Assembly: GCA_012295275.1 (NCBI GenBank)
Contig: CM022667.1
Span: 5,828,001 to 5,892,000, forward strand
Reading direction: 5' to 3'
DNA: 64,000 nucleotides
Source of the DNA: Chrysomallon squamiferum
Taxonomy: Eukaryota > Animalia > Mollusca
A program made the position numbers and the translations under genes. The notes beneath the pieces are model-generated. The model was given only the letters and a program-made list of their open reading frames with translations. It had not been told where the DNA came from and did not search any database. Shown in pieces: positions 58,303-64,000 of the stretch (positions are counted from its first letter, which is position 1; every line of letters starts with the position of its first letter).

Positions 58303-61300
58303 ACGTTTTTATTAAAACAAACAGAAAACATAAATAAGTAAATAAACAGAAAGTATATAAACCTGGTTTTATTCTTGATTCTGAATTCTGTTTCTTCCAG
58401 ACTCTGAAAGTATAAAAGATTGTTTTTAGTTACTGGTTTTATTCATGATACACCTCAGTCCTATGAAAATACAGCAGATCTAAAGTGATCTACATATGCC
58501 AAGTGTTTGAAATGTAACTGTTTAGCCCCTTAAGTAATTCAGTACAATTAATGTTTACAATTGCTATAGTACTTAAAAATTAATTATATGTACTAATGAA
58601 CATAATCTTTTTCGTAGCTTCAGAGTGACATTTTAGACATAAAAATTATTAATTTAAGTAGAGAACAGTTAAAATAAATACAAGGTGGGTGAAGTGAAAT
58701 GAAAAAAGTAACTTAGTACATTTTGAGGAAAATTATATCAAAATCTGAAGAGATGTCTAGATGTCACTGGATACTGTAACTTCATGACAAAATCCTTTCA
58801 CTTGTATGCTAATGTCAGTTATTAAAATTGATCATACCCAGTTTACTTGAGTGAATAACTAATTACATAAATTCCATGACTTTTGATAATGAGGTGTAAG
58901 GAAAAATATTAGACAATGCCAGATTTTATTTTTTAATTTTTTTAATTTTTTTATTATTACTATTTTTTTTTTAATATTTGGAAGTGTTTCTACTATCTAG
59001 TTTTTATGTATGGGGGCTTGTGTCTGCCTGGATATTTTTGGGTTGGGAGAGGCTTATAACCATATCCTGTGTACATGAACCAATGTACATCTCATTTCTG
59101 ACACTTCTCAACAGTATATCATCTCTTTATTTAGGTATCTTAGTCACTCTGGCTAGTTTCTTATTACATATATTGTATCCTGTTCAGCCACTAGTTTAAT
59201 GCAGTACTGCACATTGATAAAGTTTATTCTCAGGCCTTATCAAGAACGTAACAAAAGGACAAACAAAACAGTCCTGCTGTACTTGTATCTTCCTAGTTGT
59301 GGGTCAGAGATTGTTGTATTGTTTGACAACTGAGAAGTAAAACAAATCTGGGTCAAAGCAAATATCTGATCTGTAGTGGGCCAGACTTTGTGAACTTCCT
59401 AGATTAAAAGACACTTCTTTGTGTCAGCTACATGTAACTTGAATCATAAATAAGCTCATTCAGTAGGCGTTTGCGACTTTTAAAATGTTAAGTGTTTCAG
59501 TAGAATAGTATTCACTACTTTAGGACACAAAGGTTTGTTTGTATGAATGCAAGTGAAAGATTGGGCTTAACAGAAATGATCAGTGATATATGGTTTTATG
59601 TCTGAATGTAATTACCTGAAAACAAAATAATAAAATATTTATTTTATTTATTTTACATTATTATTTATTATCTATGTTTAAATGAAACAACAAAAACACA
59701 CAGTAATAGATACATATGTATATTTATTTAAAAGTGACAAAAGCTCATACAAAGATAGTAAAGATATGAAAACATAAATAGGTTTTAACAAATCTATTTA
59801 AAACATTATAAAAAAATAAATAAATAAAAACCGGTGTTTACTAGATAAGAAATACCTAGCATGAAAATAACAAAACAATTACTGCTTCAAGCATAAACAG
59901 ATTAATCACAATTTACACACGATTCTTTTAAAAACATTTAATATACATTTTATTTCTTCATTCTTCTTGTCCAAATTTGTAATTCCAATATTCACAATAT
60001 AAATTGGAACATATTGAAATGTAAACAAAATACTTGTAATTCTTATCATTAACATTATTTTTATATTACTATTATTTTAAACAGCTTGATTTGAATAAAA
60101 CAGCTTTGTTTTGTTATGATCAGTGATACTCTGATTATAAAAACAAATCTAAATTTATCTCAGAAAATAGATAGCACTAAGAATGTTTAAATGTAAAAAA
60201 ATATAATAATAAATCAATTGTTACAGTAATAAGCAGTTATAAATATAAGAACTGCAAACACACAGTAGGTAAGAGCAAAATACAAATCTTACATTTAGCA
60301 AATATGTTACAGAGACCTGCATGATTAAATACATCATGAAACAAACCAGTTAGAATAAATTTACTCTTTCCATAACCAATTTCTATAACCATCACTGTAA
60401 ATCTTTATGTCTATATATTCATAATAATAAACTTATCAAAAATTTGCATTTTTCTATGCATTTCTTTACAAATATTAATAATAAATATATTTTTATTTTT
60501 AAACACAAATAAGTACATACTGTGCTACTGCAAAGGCAAAATGGTTAACAGGACGGACACCTAATTATGCATGTATATAAACACATTATTATCCATTTAA
60601 ATTAACAGCTTTTATCATGGCATTCAAATAAAACTTATAAAACAAACATTAGTTATTGAAAATAATAAATAATTAAAATTGAAAATGGTTTATCCAAATA
60701 ATTTAGGTTAATTAAAACCATTCAGGATTTAACATTTTTAATAAAAAGATACATTTTACACTCACTAATAAACAACCAAAAAAACCCACTGAAGTTTTGT
60801 GTTGCTAAGAACTGACTTCAAGTCAAAGATAAAATTGTAAGTGCTATTCCTGATACATTTTAAAACAAACACAAAATGTATCGCAGAATTTAGCAATCTG
60901 TTACATTACTACTGAGTTCAAAAAATATATAAATAAATAAATAAATAAATAAAAGTAAAAATAGAGAAAGAAAGAAAATAATAATATAAAATAAATATAT
61001 ATAAAGTTAAATTTCAGTGTACTTCTAATTAAATACAGTACAAAGTATTCAGTATATATTTTAGTCTGGTTTGACTGCAATTTAGTTTCATTAACTTAAA
61101 TTCTGTCTTGAAATTTGTTAAAAATGATTCTTTTTTAAACAATTATGATTCAAAACAGAAAGCAGAATATTCATATGAATAACAATAAAATTACAATTAA
61201 AGCACATGTCAAGGAATGATTTCACAAAGTATGTTAAAAATAACAGTAAAATACAGGAGTAATCCTGATCATACTGGATTTAATAAGTGGCCTGATTTTA

Positions 61301-61511
61301 AATCTTGAACTGCATTCAAGTTAGAAAAGGTGCAACAGTGTAAGAATGTGCACATTTAAAAATGATAAATAATTACATTTTAAAATAATTGTAAAAGTAT
61401 AAAAAGTCTGGAAACCAATCAATTATTGATATTCAGTTTGGGAAAAAAAAGAAGAAATAATGTATTAATAATTCTCAAAATAGATGAAGATACTGATCTG
61501 CCTATATGGAA

Positions 61512-61549
<38 letters not shown>

Positions 61550-62118
61550 TTTTTGGAAATTATTACTTTTTTTTTTCTTTTTTTTTTTTTAAATTGCTGA
61601 ACATCCTGTATATATCTATATTTTAAAGTAATTTAGACTTTTTTCACAAATCTGACAAAAAAACTGGTCATAAAAGTTTCAGTCTTAAAATTGATTTAAA
61701 AACTATATTTATTTTATTTTATTTTATTTTATAATAAATTATTTTGTTTTTTCATTTATTTATTATTATTATTTTAATTTATTTTTATCAATATTATGAC
61801 AAAATATTTATCTTTAATTCAGATATATATTTTATAAAATTTAAATGTAAGAAAATACGCCTGTAACTGATCAAGTGATGTTAAAAGTTTCTGATAAACA
61901 TGACACAAAACTTTGTATTCTGAAAATTACTTAATTGTACAATATGTTGTTAAATTTAGCTATTCTCAGTGATTTCCTCATTCACAGCAGCTGTAATCCT
62001 ACTTGTTTGTGATAATCATTCAGAACATTCACTTGAATGTTCTTTAGTTGCTAACAAACATTAACAAGAGAAACTTGTGTCTGATTATCAACACCCAGAA
62101 TAATCCCTTACAATAATG

Positions 62119-62177
<59 letters not shown>

Positions 62178-64000
62178 AATAATCTATTGTGTTTTGAAAA
62201 TGTTTTGTTTACACTGTAAGTATGAGTACACATGTTGTTGTAATCTAGAAACTAAAAACTAATGACACTTGATTTCACCGGATAATGTTTGACTTGACTT
62301 CAGCAGATAATGTTTGACACTTTGTACTAATACAGTTTATATATATCATCAGTGTATGATAGTGTGTGTATGGTATGTGGGAACAATCAAATTATCTGGC
62401 CAGTGACATAATTAATTTTCTAATATATCTGTATGTTAACCATGTATCTTTAATTTTTTTGTTTTAATTTTTTTTCTTACCACATCTAAGACATTTCAAG
62501 TGAGTTTCAACAAATACACAAGTATATACAATGTAGAAAAGAGTACCAACAGTAAATCTAGATCATTTAATATAATGTTATATGAAATTTAGAATGGTTG
62601 TCCAAACATTACGCCTCTTAATGTCTAGTGTTAAACAAATTCTCTTACATTACATTGTGTAGTGTCATGTTTAGGTTGTGTTGTCCCATTGAATTGTGAT
62701 ACACATGAGAAATCAATGTAGCAGTAGTTTCACATTAAATATGTTGTGGTTGTCCACACCACACTCCTATCAGTGTCTAGACAAATCTGTAACTTATTTT
62801 CTTACATTACACTGTAGTTCCATCTTTAGTTTGTGTTTGTGTGTTGAATTGTGTGGTACACAAGAAAAATTACTTTATCATTAGTTTCAAATTAATTTTT
62901 AGAGAAAAAAAGAAAAGGAAAGTCTATGTTTTACACTCACATAGAAACTAAATTCATATCATGTTTTCAGAAATGAAATATGCATAATTTTAATTACAAA
63001 TCTGTTACAAAAATGTCCTCAGTCTGCTTTTGTTGTTAATTTTTCTTCTAATTTTACTTAAGATTTTCATTTGACATCTTTTTGACAAAAACTTTCATTT
63101 GTTAAGAGGTGTTCCAGTTTCATTTCTTAGTTCATGAGAATTTCCACTGACAGGCTTCGAATCCTTCTTACCTGTTTGGAAGAATAAAACATACAGTAAA
63201 CTTCAGCAGTTGAAATAAATCTTCTTAAGACTGCAGTGCTTAGGCAAATGAAGATGTGCAAGTGATTGAAAAGTTATCTGTATCATCATTTTATCTTTTC
63301 ATCTTTAAGCCAAGGTCATATTATATTAAAATCATCATATAATCAATTAATAAAATAATAATAATAATAAAATTAAAAAAATTAAAAATTAAAAAAATAA
63401 AATACAATAAAACAATTAAATATGCACTGTCTTTCCCCAGTCTCACAACTTTAATTTCTACTTCTAACCTCTTGTCATCAATTTCTCACTGATATGCTGG
63501 TCATAATTTTGTCTTGATGAAAGTTTTATCAATAACAATACAGTTATAATCTCCAGTTTCATTTTCCTATATTTGTGTATTGTCTGCTTCCAACATAGTT
63601 AGAATTTTACAATCAAATATTGAAACAGACCTTTCTAGGAAAGATATCGATTATATTTAAATAATTTTCAATTAAAACCTATTCATATGTTTTAGAAATC
63701 ATTAAAAATGTATCTTAAAACTCTGAAAGCACATTATAAAGTCACATTTTATATTTGTCATCAGTATCTGAGACCAACATCTTTGTATTATTTGTTCTTG
63801 TCTTTCCTCTTCTTCTTGTTGAACTCTTACGTAGGTACAGAGAAATGCAGTAAAATGTAACAGGTCTTACATTTTTAACAAGGTCTGACTCAAGTAAAAA
63901 TTAGAGACATTCCTTATGTGCTGTTTCATTAAATAATTTATACATTATTAAGAGAAAAAAGAGAAAGTAAATATAAAATGTACTCTTTTGATTTATAACT
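58303..64000. repeat. Direct segmental duplicate of 1-5604 (3' region of gene A)
   Basis: Collinear, high identity by eye with scattered substitutions and small indels over the full 5.6 kb. Confidence 0.97.
63095..63171 (-). CDS. Gene A' (second copy of gene A) probable terminal exon SKKDSKPVSGNSHELRNETGTPLNK*; the rest lies beyond the window
   Basis: Homologous to 4683-4759 with one synonymous change and one Cys>His change; the window ends ~30 bp before the expected TM3 exon. Confidence 0.55.

Overview
AT-rich, microsatellite-dense, intron-rich animal DNA. The style of the Ig domains suggests a mollusc/gastropod (inference). There is a 200-N scaffold gap at 26794-26993. Most ORF-track entries are noise, so I rebuilt the genes by hand from GT-AG splice sites and exon phases. 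The window is a tandemly duplicated immunoglobulin-superfamily (IgSF) receptor cluster with two gene types. Type 1 (+ strand): gene C (39428-52530, 11 exons, 720 aa) has signal peptide, V-like Ig, 4 further Ig, FN3, TM and a tail with ITIM-like, ITAM-like (YSSL-x7-YSVL) and YxN motifs. Its 5'-truncated paralog B (27005-33075) has an in-frame TAA. Type 2 (- strand): gene A (26334 down to 4683, first exon missing) has one Cys-rich Ig domain, a Thr/Pro stalk built from 24-nt microexons that are being gained and lost inside an intronic repeat array, three TM exons and a short tail. The first TM has a CxxC motif and an intramembrane Asp, resembling CD3 chains. The 3' end of a second type-2 copy (A') lies at 58303-64000, part of a ~58.3-kb-offset duplication of 1-5604. 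Between B and C lie DNA-transposon relics, a tRNA-derived repeat and an orphan exon-like relic. The most interesting hypothesis is a linked, co-duplicated invertebrate receptor/partner pair for immune or self/non-self recognition. It is inference and untested.
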